A DNA stretch of 64,000 bases from Adineta vaga (lineage: Eukaryota; Animalia; Rotifera), in the NCBI GenBank assembly GCA_021613535.1, contig CP075492.1:18290001-18354000 (forward strand), in the 5' to 3' direction. This document shows positions 1 through 12,900 of this stretch, in pieces. The notes beneath the pieces are model-generated. The model searched no databases and had not been told where the DNA came from. It worked only from the letters and a program-made list of their open reading frames with translations. Within the stretch, counting starts at the first letter, position 1, and every line of letters begins with the position of its first letter. The translations under genes and the position numbers were made by a program.

Positions 1-536
1 TGAATCGGTTTAAAAGGAGCGTCTCGCACTTGTGATCAATTGTTTCAAAATTTATTCTTACTTATTTTCATCATTATTTTACAAAAACTTATACAGACAT
101 TCTAACTCATCAATTAGAAGCGATAAATAATATTTCATAACTGTTAACTAAGATTAAAAGTGTAAAACACAACAATCCTATACGACTTGAAAATAAATTC
201 TAAATAAATCTATAATTTATAATCACAAATTAACTTTTGTCGATTGTGTTCTATTAGAGAATGTATAGGTTAAACTGAATGCCAGGTAAATTATTCATTA
301 TAGTTTTGATTAATTTGAATCTCTGATGTTATATATTCTCAATTCAAACAGGTTTTCAAACATGTTATGCATTATTTCGTTATGGTAGATATTAAACCTA
401 ATTCTGCATGTGTTTTTTTCATTCTATTTTATCCAATAATAGTAGTATTAATACAGATTTTAACAAGAAATCACTAATTGAAATTTACAAATGCTGATTT
501 CTTCGTGTCTGATGAAATGTAATTACATGAAATAAT

Positions 537-1625
537 CTATAAATGTTTGGTTTTTTCATTAATAATTTTTTCACTTAATTCCCATAATTCTTGTGCTTTT
601 TTCAAGTCATAAGCAATAGAACTTGGTTGAGCTACTCGACAATTAGAATGATATTTTCCAGGTTGAGCTTCATCTGATAAAGCACAATATAAACTTGTCA
701 TTGCTCCTTGGCGTATAGATTTAGAGACTATTTTTAAAAGAAGCGATATAATTAACGTCTTATAAGATTTGTTATCACGAAGTATTCCTGTTGTTCCAAT
801 TGAACCGGGATTAAGTGAATAAGCTTTAATACCTTGATTACCATAACGTCTTTGTAATTCATTTGCATGTAGAATATTCGCTAATTTTGACTCAGATTCA
901 GCTTGAAAAGGATCATATGAATTACTTTGAATAAAATCAGTATTTTCTTTAGCAAAAGCATGTCCGAGACTGCTGACATTAACAATACGTCCATTAGATT
1001 TGATTAATAATGGTAGAAGAAGTTGAGTTAAATAAAAATGACCAACTAAATAAAAAACATAAGAATAGAAATATATCATTAAATGATATAATTTACTATG
1101 ATTTGTTCCAAAAGTACATTCTAAACCATCTTTAGTAAATTCTTTTTGTCCTTTCATAACGCCAGCATTATTAATTAAAATATCAACTTTATCTATTTTT
1201 TCAGCAAAGATTTTTACATTTGCTAAATCACTTAAATCTAAATCATAACCAATAACATTTCCATTTGATTCTTTACTTAATTCTTGAGCAATACGTTCTG
1301 CTCTTGTTTGATTACGTATACCAATAATAACACGTGCATGAAGTTTAGCTAATTCAATTGCTGTAATTCGACCAATTCCAGAAGCAGCACCAGTAACAAC
1401 GACAGTTTGATTATTTAAATTCTTTGTCGATATATATGAATGACCAGATCTTAATTGTTCATTTATTATCCGAAAAATAACAATATGAACTATTAAATAA
1501 ATGAATGTATAAGACCATGAATGAACAAAGAACATTATAAATATAAATAATAAAATATTTCCTAAGAGAAACAGTACAGATTTAGGCTCTGGTTCTTTTA
1601 ATACGGTTTTGATTGAAAAAGCCAT
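537..1625 (-). CDS. Short-chain dehydrogenase/reductase (RDH11-14/WWOX-like), N-terminal membrane anchor; one 51-nt in-frame intron (1046-1096)
   Basis: TGAASGIG Rossmann motif, LINNAG, RIVNVSS, LNPG motifs. Removing the GT..AG intron restores FGTNHIGHF. Catalytic YxxxK reads ESESK. Confidence 0.9.
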   Translation of the reverse strand: MAFSIKTVLKEPEPKSVLFLLGNILLFIFIMFFVHSWSYTFIYLIVHIVIFRIINEQLRSGHSYISTKNLNNQTVVVTGAASGIGRITAIELAKLHARVIIGIRNQTRAERIAQELSKESNGNVIGYDLDLSDLANVKIFAEKIDKVDILINNAGVMKGQKEFTKDGLECTFGTNHSKLYHLMIYFYSYVFYLVGHFYLTQLLLPLLIKSNGRIVNVSSLGHAFAKENTDFIQSNSYDPFQAESESKLANILHANELQRRYGNQGIKAYSLNPGSIGTTGILRDNKSYKTLIISLLLKIVSKSIRQGAMTSLYCALSDEAQPGKYHSNCRVAQPSSIAYDLKKAQELWELSEKIINEKTKHL

Positions 1626-3666
1626 TCAATATGTTTTTAATTTTATTCAACAAAGATAAAGAATATGAACAATAAGTTAGTTATATGTTTGGTATTTCGT
1701 CATATAACATCGATTGGTGAATAGAATACACCATTGCGTTGTCGATGAAAATATAAACTTGTTATAGAGGACGCTAGTAAAAACTTTTGATATAACGTCC
1801 GATTCAATTTTTTCTATGATTTATTCATTCTGATATGCTTTCTAACTTTGATCTTACTGATTCTAAATAGAACTTCACGAGTATAATTATCTTTGAAATT
1901 TACTTGAATTTGCAAGAACAATAGAGTAATTAATTCAAAGCAAAACATTCCACATTCACAAGATTGAGAGTCTTATTAAAGAGAATATATATTTATGAGT
2001 GAAGATTAGGCCCTCATTCACATTTCTTGTCTTCGAAATCTTCACGGTGAATGCGAGTATTGCTTCTCCTTCTACACTTACATTCATACTTTCATATGTT
2101 CCGTTATTTTAGTATGATTAAATAAAGAGATTTTGCTTTCTGTAACTACAAAAATGACTGATGAATGTGTTCGGATTTATTGTACACAACAGTAGGTATA
2201 CAATCTTAGAAATTCTGTATGTTTAGTAATGCTGTGCAAAGAAAGAAAAAAATTGGAGTCCTCTTGTAAATAATGTCTGACAAAGTAAATAAATTGTAAA
2301 AATAGAAAAGTGCAACATTCACAGTATGAGATTTATCGATCGACCAAGGTTGATAATATTTATTATTAAGAATGTGTACAATCATTTCAAATATTTAAGA
2401 ATAAATTTTTCTTGTGAAATAATCAAGTTCTTTGGCTGGATTATGAGAAACTACAATTAACATAACAAAAAACAAGAAGTAGAAGAAGCAAAATATGATG
2501 TAAATATATTGGTCAATAATGATTGTCGTATTTTATTGATTTTCACTTTGATTTCAAGGGCACGAACTCTTACTAAATACCAATTGATCTAAACAGAGAA
2601 TATTATATAGTAAGTAATATATTTTACTTTTTTAATATCATTTTCATATTTTATGTTCTTTTACTTATCAGATCAATAGACCATCCACAAAAACAAATCT
2701 GAAGTTTGTTTCTTGCAACAGTCGTCCTTCGATGTCAAAAAATCTCAAGGAAAGATGGTATAAACGATTTGGTAAAAACAAACTTCAAATTCTTCGAAAA
2801 TATTTTTCATAGACTTCGTCACACTCGCTTAATTTTTCTGTGTAAGCAACAATGTGGATCATTTCTCCTCTCACAACTTCTCCCGAGCAATATCTTGTTC
2901 CGCCCATATCCCAACACCACATTCACCCACACCCTAATTGCGTCAACATAGCAAGCTTTGTATCTCTATTCTCTTCTTATCTTTCATAGGAGAAAAGTTA
3001 GAAATTGAATGAGTCACCTTTCTACGAAAAAGACATGATGATGAACTGCACAAGATAAAGTTTTATGAACAGATTAGAGAACTCTGAAATAAAAAAAACC
3101 TTATCAGTAATGCGCATCGTACGTGAATTCAAAATCTGTGAGTATCGCTTTAAATGAAATATGAGCAGAAAAACATTTTTGAGGCTATTAAAGAAGTCAT
3201 GAATATCGTAGCTTCAAGCCAACTCAACTAACCAAATCATATTTAGTTATTTCAGTAGGCTCTTGTTTATTTCTCCGAACCGAAGCGCATAGTTCCATCT
3301 CTATTAGAGTTCTTAAGATTTATTTGAATTTATGTTTGAGTTCAGCGTTTCCTAAGATTTCAACTTTTTTTTCATCATTATAATTGATATTAATTTTATT
3401 TATTTTTACCTAATTTAGAATAGTGATGACTACTCGACATTCCATTGGTACGACGTGTTACTTGACCAAGTCGTTTCAATAAAGGTCGATGATTCAACAA
3501 GACAGGAATTCCGCCAGCCAACGTATTATGCATTCTATAATTAGCCAAACTGTTAACTATAAAAGTAAAAAATAAATTAGAACGATCAATATATATTAAA
3601 ATTACAATTTTACTTAAAACAAACGGATTTGTATTGTTATTCATTTGCGCGTGTTGGGTAGGCAAT

Positions 3667-6605
3667 TAGGGTACTGCCAAATGGTCCCGGTCCCGGTTCC
3701 ACGGGACCGGGAACGGGACCAAAATTATACACTTTTAACGGGACCGAGACGAGACCGGGAGCGGACTAAAACTTGGTGATTGGTCCCGTAAATTTTTAGT
3801 GTTCAGTTGAATATAAATTTTAGTGTTTTTTATCAGCGATTTGTAGTTATCCGTCCATATAATCGAAAATCTTTTGTAGATTCAGATTGTAATAATGGAA
3901 AATTCTCAATATATACTAAAGAACATAAAAAAAATAATATAGATGAATTTAATTCGCTAACAATTCAACCATTCCTTTATCATCTGCCTCTATAAACAAC
4001 GAATAGATATATACCACTGATTCTTTTGTATATAGTAATGGCGAGTCGAGATAAATTTTGAATTAAAAAGTTTTTTTCAAGACATTGAATATGGTAACAT
4101 CAACTATTTATACTAAACAACAAATTCGGGATATGATGCAAAAAGAAAATTCACGTTTAGAGTTTCATAAACCAAAACATGTAAAAAGTCAGAAATGGAA
4201 CAATTATTTACAAGTTTTTATTGATGGTATTGGTCAACATTTTATTTCATGTACAAAATGCCATTGTATTCTTGCATGGAAATCAAACGATGGAACTAAT
4301 GTTATGGATAAACATGATAAAGCGTGTAAACAACATTTACCGTCAGCATCTACACAACAATCAATTAAATCATTTTATTCAACAAATACTAATGTTAATA
4401 AACAATTAATTAATTCAACAAAACGTAAAATTGCAGATTCATTAGCAGAATGTTGTGCAACAGATAATTTACCATTTGATATCGTTAAAGGTGTTGGATT
4501 TAAAGCATTTACTGGAAATTTATTAAAAATCAGTCGTCAATTAGGTTCATCTGTGTCAATCGATGAAATTCTTCCTGATTCAACAACGCTAAATTAAGAC
4601 TATCTCTCTGCTATAGATTCTTAGCATGATTATTGTGTTTGAAATTTTAGATCAGTCGACATGTTGATAATATATATAATTTTCGCAAAGAACAATTAAT
4701 TCAATATTTAGCAAAAATGAATAGCTATACAATTACAGTTGATTTTTGGACTGATTCAAAGACCAAAATACATTATGGTGGTATTACTATACATACATAT
4801 TCAGAAGAACATGGTCTTCTAGTTTTTGTTCTTGCATGTAAACCATATGATTTACCAAGTCAATCATCTGAAAATATACGAATATTTACAGATAAAATTC
4901 TTCAATCATATGGTTTGGTTTTAGGCAAAGTGAAATATGTTGTTAGTGACAACGAAAATAAAATGCGTTGTTCATTTAGAAGCAATATTATTCGTGTTGG
5001 ATGTTCAACACATTTTATTAACAAGATTATTGAACATTCTCTATGTAAAAAAGATATTGATTGTGATGTCATCCAACAGTTATTCAATGATATTCATGAT
5101 ATTGTTGTTTATTTAAGATCTTCTCATGTTCAATCAAAATTATCTAAAAAGCTACAGCTATTTTCTAAGACCCGTTGGAACAGTGCATATCATATGATAT
5201 CTAGTTTTGTTGATGTTTATCCGGAATTAAGTTATGTTATTACCGATCAAGATCGAAAAGCATGTCTTGGTGGAATTGATTTTGACGAAGTAGTATCACT
5301 TGCTAATTATCTCAAACATTTTGTCGATGCAACTGAATCATTAAGTGCCGAAAATAGTCCAACAATTCACTTAGTTTTACCATATAAACAACGTCTTTTA
5401 AATTTATCTAAAGCAAGTGAAAATGAATTTGAATCAATGAAAAAATTCAAGAAATATTTCCAAGATCAAATTGCAACATATTGGGAAGTTGATGATATTC
5501 ATTATTTAGCTGTTGTACTTCATCCTAACATGAAAAATTTACAAAAATATTCAAATAAAGATCGAAAAAAAGCTTATGATTTGTTAAAACGAGAAATTAA
5601 TCAACGACATTGTAAGTTATATTTATGTTTTAGCAACAATAAAAGGATTTTCATATAACATTATATAAATATGAATTTTTTTAATGTTTCAGCTCATCAA
5701 TCAACAGCTGCTGTTGATCCAGAGCCTCAACCACCACAACAAACATATTTAACAACAAATGATGTATTATCTGAATGTTTTGATCAACCTGGTGGAACTG
5801 GTACACAAACTAATGATGAATTTAAAAGATATTTACAATCAACCGATACATTAGTTGGTAATGAAGATTTATTAACATTTTGGACAAGACAGAAGAATTT
5901 ATATCCAACACTTTATTCAATAGCCTGTGAAATTCTCATTGTTCCAGCTAGCAATACTGCTGTTGAACGTTTATTCTCAGCGAGTGGTCAAGCAGTAACA
6001 AATGTACGAACCCGATTATCTGCTCAAAAATTAGATAAATTAATGTTTATCAAGAAAAATTTATTCATTTTGGATAAAATATTTGGTAAAACTCGAAAAT
6101 TAAATAGTAATGGTCTTTCTATTTGTTCAACGGATCAAAAGGGTGAAAAACGGTCACATGAAGGTTCATCAAGTGATGATGATAGTGAGATTTTTTATCT
6201 TACTGATGATGACGATAAAGATGAAAATTTATAAAGATAAATTAACAGTGTTATTTGATTTGGTATACATGTTTGTATTTGTTTTGTTATTTCTAATATG
6301 AACAATTTAGTATCTTTTTTTGTACTTATTTATATTTAAAAAGGGTTTTGAACATGCTTGAAAATAAAAAGTAAATTTGATGACTGGGCATCAGTACTGC
6401 GAAAAAAATCCCTGTCTTACTACTGTAGCCTTTGATTCTGAAAATATACCAATCTATAAATGGAAATTAGATTCATTATAAAAATTCACGGGACCGGGAC
6501 CGGGACCAGTAAAAGAATTTCAACGGGACCGGGACCGGGACCAACAACTTTTCTACCGGGACTATAGCGGGACGGGACTAAAAAAAGTGATTTTGCAGTA
6601 CCCTA
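3667..6605 (+). mobile_element. hAT-superfamily DNA transposon, full length
   Basis: 16-bp TIRs TAGGGTACTGCCAAAT / ATTTTGCAGTACCCTA (15/16 match), many subterminal CGGGACC repeats at both ends, internal transposase. No 8-bp TSD (TAGGCAAT vs ATGGCGGT). Confidence 0.95.
4091..6234 (+). CDS. hAT transposase, 3 exons (4091-4588, 4651-5611, 5693-6234); first donor reads CT not GT
   Basis: BED-finger-like CTKC...H, ITVDFWTD, VSDNENKM, CSTH, TRWNS, PASNTAVERLFS dimerisation motif; exon phases join in frame. Confidence 0.9.
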
Positions 6606-6657
6606 ATGGCGGTGCGTCTCATAGTCGAGATGATTAGACATATCGAGGTGATTACCA

Positions 6658-8565
6658 TCATAGAGCGCTTATATATTTCGCCAGACGTGTGATTGCTTCA
6701 TCGAATGGCTGATTACCGAATCTAACACGTAAACCGGTCAGATGGATGTCAAGCCATGGTTCAGCCTGATAGTTCTCATCGATGTACAATGCTATTATTG
6801 GAATTTTCAGTTTAGTGGCATAAGTGGCTTGAACACGACATGAATCACTTTTTGTACAATAATTCTCCGAAATAACCATTAGTACCATACTTGCATTTGG
6901 TATCGCTATCGCTATTTCTTCCCAACAATCGTCTGATAGACAATGTCCATCTTCATCGATCCATACCGAAATCAAATGTTGTTTGAGAGCAGCCACAACC
7001 GATCGACAGAAAGTCACATCTCGATGTGAATACGAGATCATTGGAGATTTCAACTGGGATACTTTAGCTACTTGATCGACGTTCAAAGTCGGTGCTTTGA
7101 ACTTATCGAGATACACAAGTATTCCATCAGCAGCCGCTTTGACAGTCATTAAATTATTTCTTAAGGATAGCGGAATGAATGCTTCGGTATTCGCGGTCGA
7201 CTCATTGGAAGCTTGTGTAACAGCTGCAAGAAATACTTCGTTTTCGTTCAATTTCGACTGAACAGTAGGACGAAATGCAAGACTACACATTATGTTATAA
7301 AGTGCTAATCGAATGAGATGCTTGACAAATAGATCGTTGGGTTCGACAACATTATGCTCGAGGAAAGATCTCATGAATAATGAGAGACCGCCGAGCTCAC
7401 AGCTGTCTAATATATACTTCGCTATATTATCATTGACAAGCATTTTAGCAAGAGATACCAAGTATTCGTAGAGATGACCTGTTGTGGAACGTAAATTGGC
7501 AAAAGTATTTGCTTCATGAATCTTCTGAAGTACGAAATCAATCGCAGGTTTGAGCAGGGCCGGAGTGTCGACTTCATTGATTGTAGCTACGTTTGCATAG
7601 ATTCGGGGATAAAATGAATACGTAAATGGAGAACGTTTCAATGTTTCGGACAAAACTGTTTCAGATTTGCGTAGTGTTTCAATGGCATTCGCGTTATTCA
7701 AGGCTATAATACCTTCTTCACACTGACTCACATTAGCAATAGTGATAATCAGCAGTTTAAGCGGGTCGGTGGCACTATTTCGTTGACAAATCGAATCTAA
7801 CCATTCGACGAGTTTGCTGGGAAAACCCAGTCGAACCATCATTGGTAGCATATTCTTGCTATCTGATACTGCGACGAGAGCTACGAAAGTGAGTTGAATG
7901 CATTCGATTCGTGCTCCGTGTATTGTTGTATTAGTAAAGAAGTGATCAATAAAGGTAATAATTTTCTGAATGGTCTGATCGTGTTGTATTTCATATAAGC
8001 ATTTATGAGTAGTGTATTCTGAGAATCTCATATTCTCCATTCGTCGACTATCCGACCATACGACAGCTCTGAGCAATAGGAGAAAAATTTTGATACATGT
8101 AACGAAAACCGTCTTATCATTCTCACCACCCAAATAGGCAAAGCTCTCATCAGTACTGAGACCGCTTATGGCCATCTGGTAGCATTCCGTTATTGATACA
8201 GATCCTCTTTCTAATGATACGGCAATCTTCTTAGAAACCATCTCCCAAAGTTCTGCCAAAATGGTTGAAAATATAGAGTAGTCAGGCAGCGAAGCTGAGA
8301 ACGCAATTAAAATGTTACAAAACCGAATGAATATGTTTGGTAGCCCAATTTCCGCTATGTATTGGTCTGATAGCAGCCGATATCGAATTGCGGGATTCTC
8401 CAGATGGTCTTTGACGGCTGAGAGTATACTGTGTATTTCAGTCGCATCAGACGGGTTCTCACGTAACTTTGTGCACAAATCGAGACGCTCGAGTAGTATC
8501 TTGAGTTTCTCTAGATCCATAATGTTCTCAGTATGAAGGGCGGTACTAGCCTGATGGTCCGACAT
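6658..8565 (-). CDS. Intronless protein: helical/ARM-like N-terminal region plus C-terminal TIR (TIR_2-type) domain
   Basis: MISYSHRD...VWID...WEEIAIAI...LMVISENY...SDSCRVQATYA...IPIIAL...PWL is a typical TIR_2 pattern. First ATG at 8565. The ARM call is inference from helical composition. Confidence 0.85.
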   Translation of the reverse strand: MSDHQASTALHTENIMDLEKLKILLERLDLCTKLRENPSDATEIHSILSAVKDHLENPAIRYRLLSDQYIAEIGLPNIFIRFCNILIAFSASLPDYSIFSTILAELWEMVSKKIAVSLERGSVSITECYQMAISGLSTDESFAYLGGENDKTVFVTCIKIFLLLLRAVVWSDSRRMENMRFSEYTTHKCLYEIQHDQTIQKIITFIDHFFTNTTIHGARIECIQLTFVALVAVSDSKNMLPMMVRLGFPSKLVEWLDSICQRNSATDPLKLLIITIANVSQCEEGIIALNNANAIETLRKSETVLSETLKRSPFTYSFYPRIYANVATINEVDTPALLKPAIDFVLQKIHEANTFANLRSTTGHLYEYLVSLAKMLVNDNIAKYILDSCELGGLSLFMRSFLEHNVVEPNDLFVKHLIRLALYNIMCSLAFRPTVQSKLNENEVFLAAVTQASNESTANTEAFIPLSLRNNLMTVKAAADGILVYLDKFKAPTLNVDQVAKVSQLKSPMISYSHRDVTFCRSVVAALKQHLISVWIDEDGHCLSDDCWEEIAIAIPNASMVLMVISENYCTKSDSCRVQATYATKLKIPIIALYIDENYQAEPWLDIHLTGLRVRFGNQPFDEAITRLAKYISAL

Positions 8566-8845
8566 GACAAACAACGTATCGGAGAGAAGTTACTGCTTTG
8601 AAGCCTTTTAGTTGAGATATGGCAAATAGCATGTGCTTCTCATGCTCTCAACCGTTTTTTATCTTTTAAACGCATACCGGCAAAGAATAAAAGATTCGTG
8701 GCGCAATTTCTTATCAACAACAAACCACTGTCAACTCAGGTTGTAAAAGAAATGCTTTCTAAAGTGTCTCTACACGAGACTCCATTTGCAGTTATTCTCT
8801 CTAGATGTTTGATAAGATCTGAGTGACTGAGAAATATGTTTAAAA

Positions 8846-8910
8846 TAGGGATGGGAAGTTACCGTTACATGATATAGTAATGGTCTGCTAGCGATAACTA
8901 ACTACCCCTA
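8846..8910. mobile_element. 65-bp hAT-type mini-element (TAGGG...CCCTA)
   Basis: Imperfect TIRs; perfect 8-bp flanking duplication GTTTAAAA at 8838-8845 and 8911-8918. Confidence 0.75.
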
Positions 8911-9959
8911 GTTTAAAAAATAATAGGAGATCGAAATGGATGGATCTCATCGAATCGACTACGTTTTACTGTTGTTCCGTGGTTCTAAGAGCCATTTCCT
9001 TTTATTTCGTTTGGTTTATTGATCACATTGCTGGCGCTTTTTGAAAAAACGTCAAAATCTTCTACTTTAGCTTCGCATACATTTATATTACTGATGAAAC
9101 CCACGGTTCCAGTTATTGTAGTGAAGTTGATTCACAAATAATAATTGGTGCAGGGGTGCTCCGGGGGTGGACGGGGCTTACTCCTCGGAGATCCGTTTAG
9201 CCTCCGTGAATTAATCATCTCGAGCTGAATCCAGTGTATAGCGCCTTCCACCCACCGAAAAAGTCACGGATCAAAAACTGCATACAAAGGAATACAGACC
9301 GCCCTCTTAATAGATAGCTCAGAACAAATCAGCCTCAATTAATTTTCTGAATATCGCGTTCAATGTGTGGCCTATGTACTTCCACATTTGTTTAAAAGAT
9401 AGCTGAGTGAATCCATAGGAAACGTACCACTTTTTGGAAATAAGGTAACTTCACAATTTTGCACTGCTTTAACGGTTTTGATCATTCTGTCAGAAAGCAA
9501 CAATCCGAAAACGGTCGGTGGATAGAAAAGAAAACAAACTTTGTACGTAAAACGATGATGTCAAACTCATTCTTTCGAAACAGCTCTATTTTACCGCACA
9601 CTTTTCGAACTTTGACAGCTAATGTCAGTTCAGAATTTATAGGAAAAAGCTGAGTTGTACCGAAAGAATCAGTGTGATACCCACATCTTACGTACGAACT
9701 TTGGTACGCTTTCCACGGATTCACCCAGCTGAAGGAATTCTATATGAAACCTAATGGAAAGAGTTCTTCAAAAAATGACTATATGTGTCTTTCTTGATAT
9801 CAGGCTGTGGGTGTGGAAAAAGCTGAAATCATCATCTACCCACACCCACCCACACCCTCAAGATATGGAGCCAAAAGCTGTGAATTACTTCGAACCGTGT
9901 TCTCGTGAGTAGGGTACCTTTTTTCTAGAATTTACTGACATTTGCCTCTCGCTCCCACC

Positions 9960-12900
9960 ATGATCCGGAAAATTGAAAAAATTCAGAACATGGCTTTGTT
10001 TCAAGACTACGACGCATCTCAAGATCCTCCAGGGGAAGTTATTTTCCAGCCGTTGACACTAATCTACGGTAACAACGGTTCGGGAAAATCTACTCTAGCA
10101 GCCTTTTTCAAAACCCTACATCATACTACTTATATCCCTCTTTCTCTACCCGTACTTCATTATCCTCATGCTGATCAATACGCGAAGATCATTCTCGACA
10201 CTCCATCAGGTGACACGTCGTCTGAATATATTGCAAATGAATGGTCGCATCAGCCCAAAGAGGTGAAAGTATTCGATGAGGACTATTTAAATGGTAATAC
10301 GCTACTCTTTCAAGCCAATAAGGCGAAAAGCGGCTTTCACATGGACCCCAGGCATTCCAGCATAGCAGGTGAACGAAGTCGTTCGGGAATACATCTCATA
10401 CGGGCCACTCAAATTGCCACGTGGTGTTTCAATGTTCCAGAACCAAACGCAGTTGAAATTCGCCGTCTCATCGAGCGTCAACAGAGAATCCCTTATGACT
10501 TCTTCATACAATATCAGCAAAACACACAAAATATCGAAAACACGTTTTCCGCCTTGCTAGACAAACCGTTCGGTTTTGAGATCAACAATCCAATCGATAG
10601 ACAACACTGGATGACACTGGTAAACAATTCCACGCACGTTAATGAAGATGATTTGAAACAAGTACAAGACGCCTATGACCAGAATCATAACACGATCATA
10701 AGTGAGCGCAGTTTTCATTCTAAGAGGGATTGCACGAGGGGACAACCGACGCTGCTCAACGTCGTCTCTCGTAGTGGGCTGAGAATCACATGATTGATAG
10801 AAAGCTTACCTGATCTTCTGCACTCTTGCCGTTCTCTCAAACTCCTAATTTTTTATTTATGATAGTTTCCAGAAAGGAGGTGAAAACTAGAGAAAAAACG
10901 TATTTTTCTTGTCTTGTCATACTTTTGTTTCGGCTTCAACTGCGCCACGGAAGTAGCTAGAGACCTGAAATTGGGAGAGTGACTAGTTCATGCACAAATC
11001 TAGCCTTACTGCCAAAAATAGGCCTCCGTGACTCTTCCTGGCTGCGATAGGTACAACAGTCATTCTGAGACCGTGGAAAAAGTTGTGAAAAGTCCTCTAG
11101 GACAATCTGAAAATGCAGAGATTTTCGTGAGGTACGGTTGGCATCATTATGTTCGACGCTCGTTCATCTGTTAAACTGCATTATACGCATTTTGCGATAG
11201 CAACCAAAGTTATATGGAGCCGTTGAACCAAGATCCGCCAAAAGAACAGAATTTTCCTAACTGAATGTATTCTATCGTACACCATTCGACGCTGCACGCG
11301 AATATGGGATCCTCATCACGCAAAGATCTTTGCTGGAAAATGCTGGCACAGAAACATAAGGATGAATCAGGCGACAAATGTTAATGCACAAAGATGCGAA
11401 CCAGTAGTTTCCAGCAAAGATATTTTTGCGATATTAATCCCATATTCGTATGCAGCGTCGAATGGTGTACGATAGAATACATTTAGTCAGGAAAATTCTG
11501 TTCTTTTGGCGGATCTTGGTTCAACGGCTCTATATAACATGTTACCTCTTCTTTCTACCCCAAAATTCGTACATTATTGAAATGAAAATGGTGAAAGCTG
11601 AAGAAAAAATATTTCTTAAAACGGTTGAAGGGTTATACTGAGCATTGTTTGCCTCGTTGAAAAACTGCATCTAGCACAACTTACACTGCCCTAGACAAGA
11701 TCTATCTTCCCTGAAAGTTTCAGAAGTTTTCATTAAGCCACTCTGGAGGAAGTTCGGCAACAAGGGTCAGCAGGCTCAGAAACAACGATATTTTTGCGTT
11801 ATTTCCCCTAGCCAAGGTGACAGAAATCTGAAATTTCCGGGCGTTACCTATATGAGTTCGATTGATCTTATAACAAAAAAGTTATGAGGATCACAATGAC
11901 GACTGCTCAACGATTTAGTCAAAATTAGTACTTTTTTGGGTGATCCTCATATGTCCATCAAAATGTAATTGATTTCCAAACAATTATATACCATTCGATA
12001 GAGGAAAGATAGTCCTACAAAGTGATATTAGTACATCCATTCGTATCTCTCAATAACGTAATCTTTTTACATGCGAAATGAAGAAACCCTGATACAAGCG
12101 ATAATTTACTTTAGTGACACATGAAATTATGTTTCACGTTCAGAGCTCTTTTCGATTTTGCATCGTCTTGTTAAGTTCAAAATCAAATGAGATGTTGCAT
12201 TGTATGTGCTCCACATTGATCAGGCCAGGACATAATTTTGCAAATGTGACAAAATAATACAGGCTTATCAAGAATTTTCAAAAGCTATACCTTCGACCAT
12301 GTGTAACATATTTATGCTTTTTTTATAAACGATAATCAAAACAGAAAAGTGCTACCTAAAGCACATGGCGTGGGTGTGCGTGTAGAAGATACTCTCTTCT
12401 TCATCCACGCCCACACTCACACCTACCGTCACCCTAGACATCATAGTCTTCTCCGATCTAAAGATTGAATATCACAGTTTTGCACGTGAGCTATATAAGA
12501 CACACCAAGCAGCTGTAGTTACAACTTCTAATTTCCATTTAGGTAAAATCCAACAAATGTTTGAACGCGTCAATGTGTCACTCGGCTGTTATCGTCTAGT
12601 TATTAATAAATATCTAAGAGAATTTGCAACGGGTTTGCAGATAACTAGATTAGAGCTCAAGACGCAAGCAGTTATACGAAAGTATCGCAGGCGTGGATGG
12701 GACAGACTTAAATTTGATTTCAATGTGTACTCGCCCATAAAGCATTACTATGAGGGTGAATTTGTGCAGTGCTGCATCACCTTGAGAGGTCAACCCTTGA
12801 CGGATCTGTACCTGAGTGAAGCTGATAAACGAGCTTTTGCCATGTCTATTTTCTTCGCCAACTTGGTCGAGCAACAGAATGATCAGGAACAGATAGTCGT

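Noticed and set aside
2706-3665. Short ORFs between the SDR and the hAT
   Set aside because: No recognisable motifs or consistent splice structure.
9091-9115. CTGATGA plus short stem resembling a hammerhead (similar cases at 39499 and 62760)
   Set aside because: No correctly placed GAAA/stem III/NUH arrangement.
9151-9280. Possible CAGGGG-type MITE
   Set aside because: Ends match poorly and no target-site duplication is present.
11450-11641. 63-aa ORF as a missing middle exon of the RloC-like gene
   Set aside because: Overlaps the inverted-repeat arm; no coiled-coil or CxxC character.
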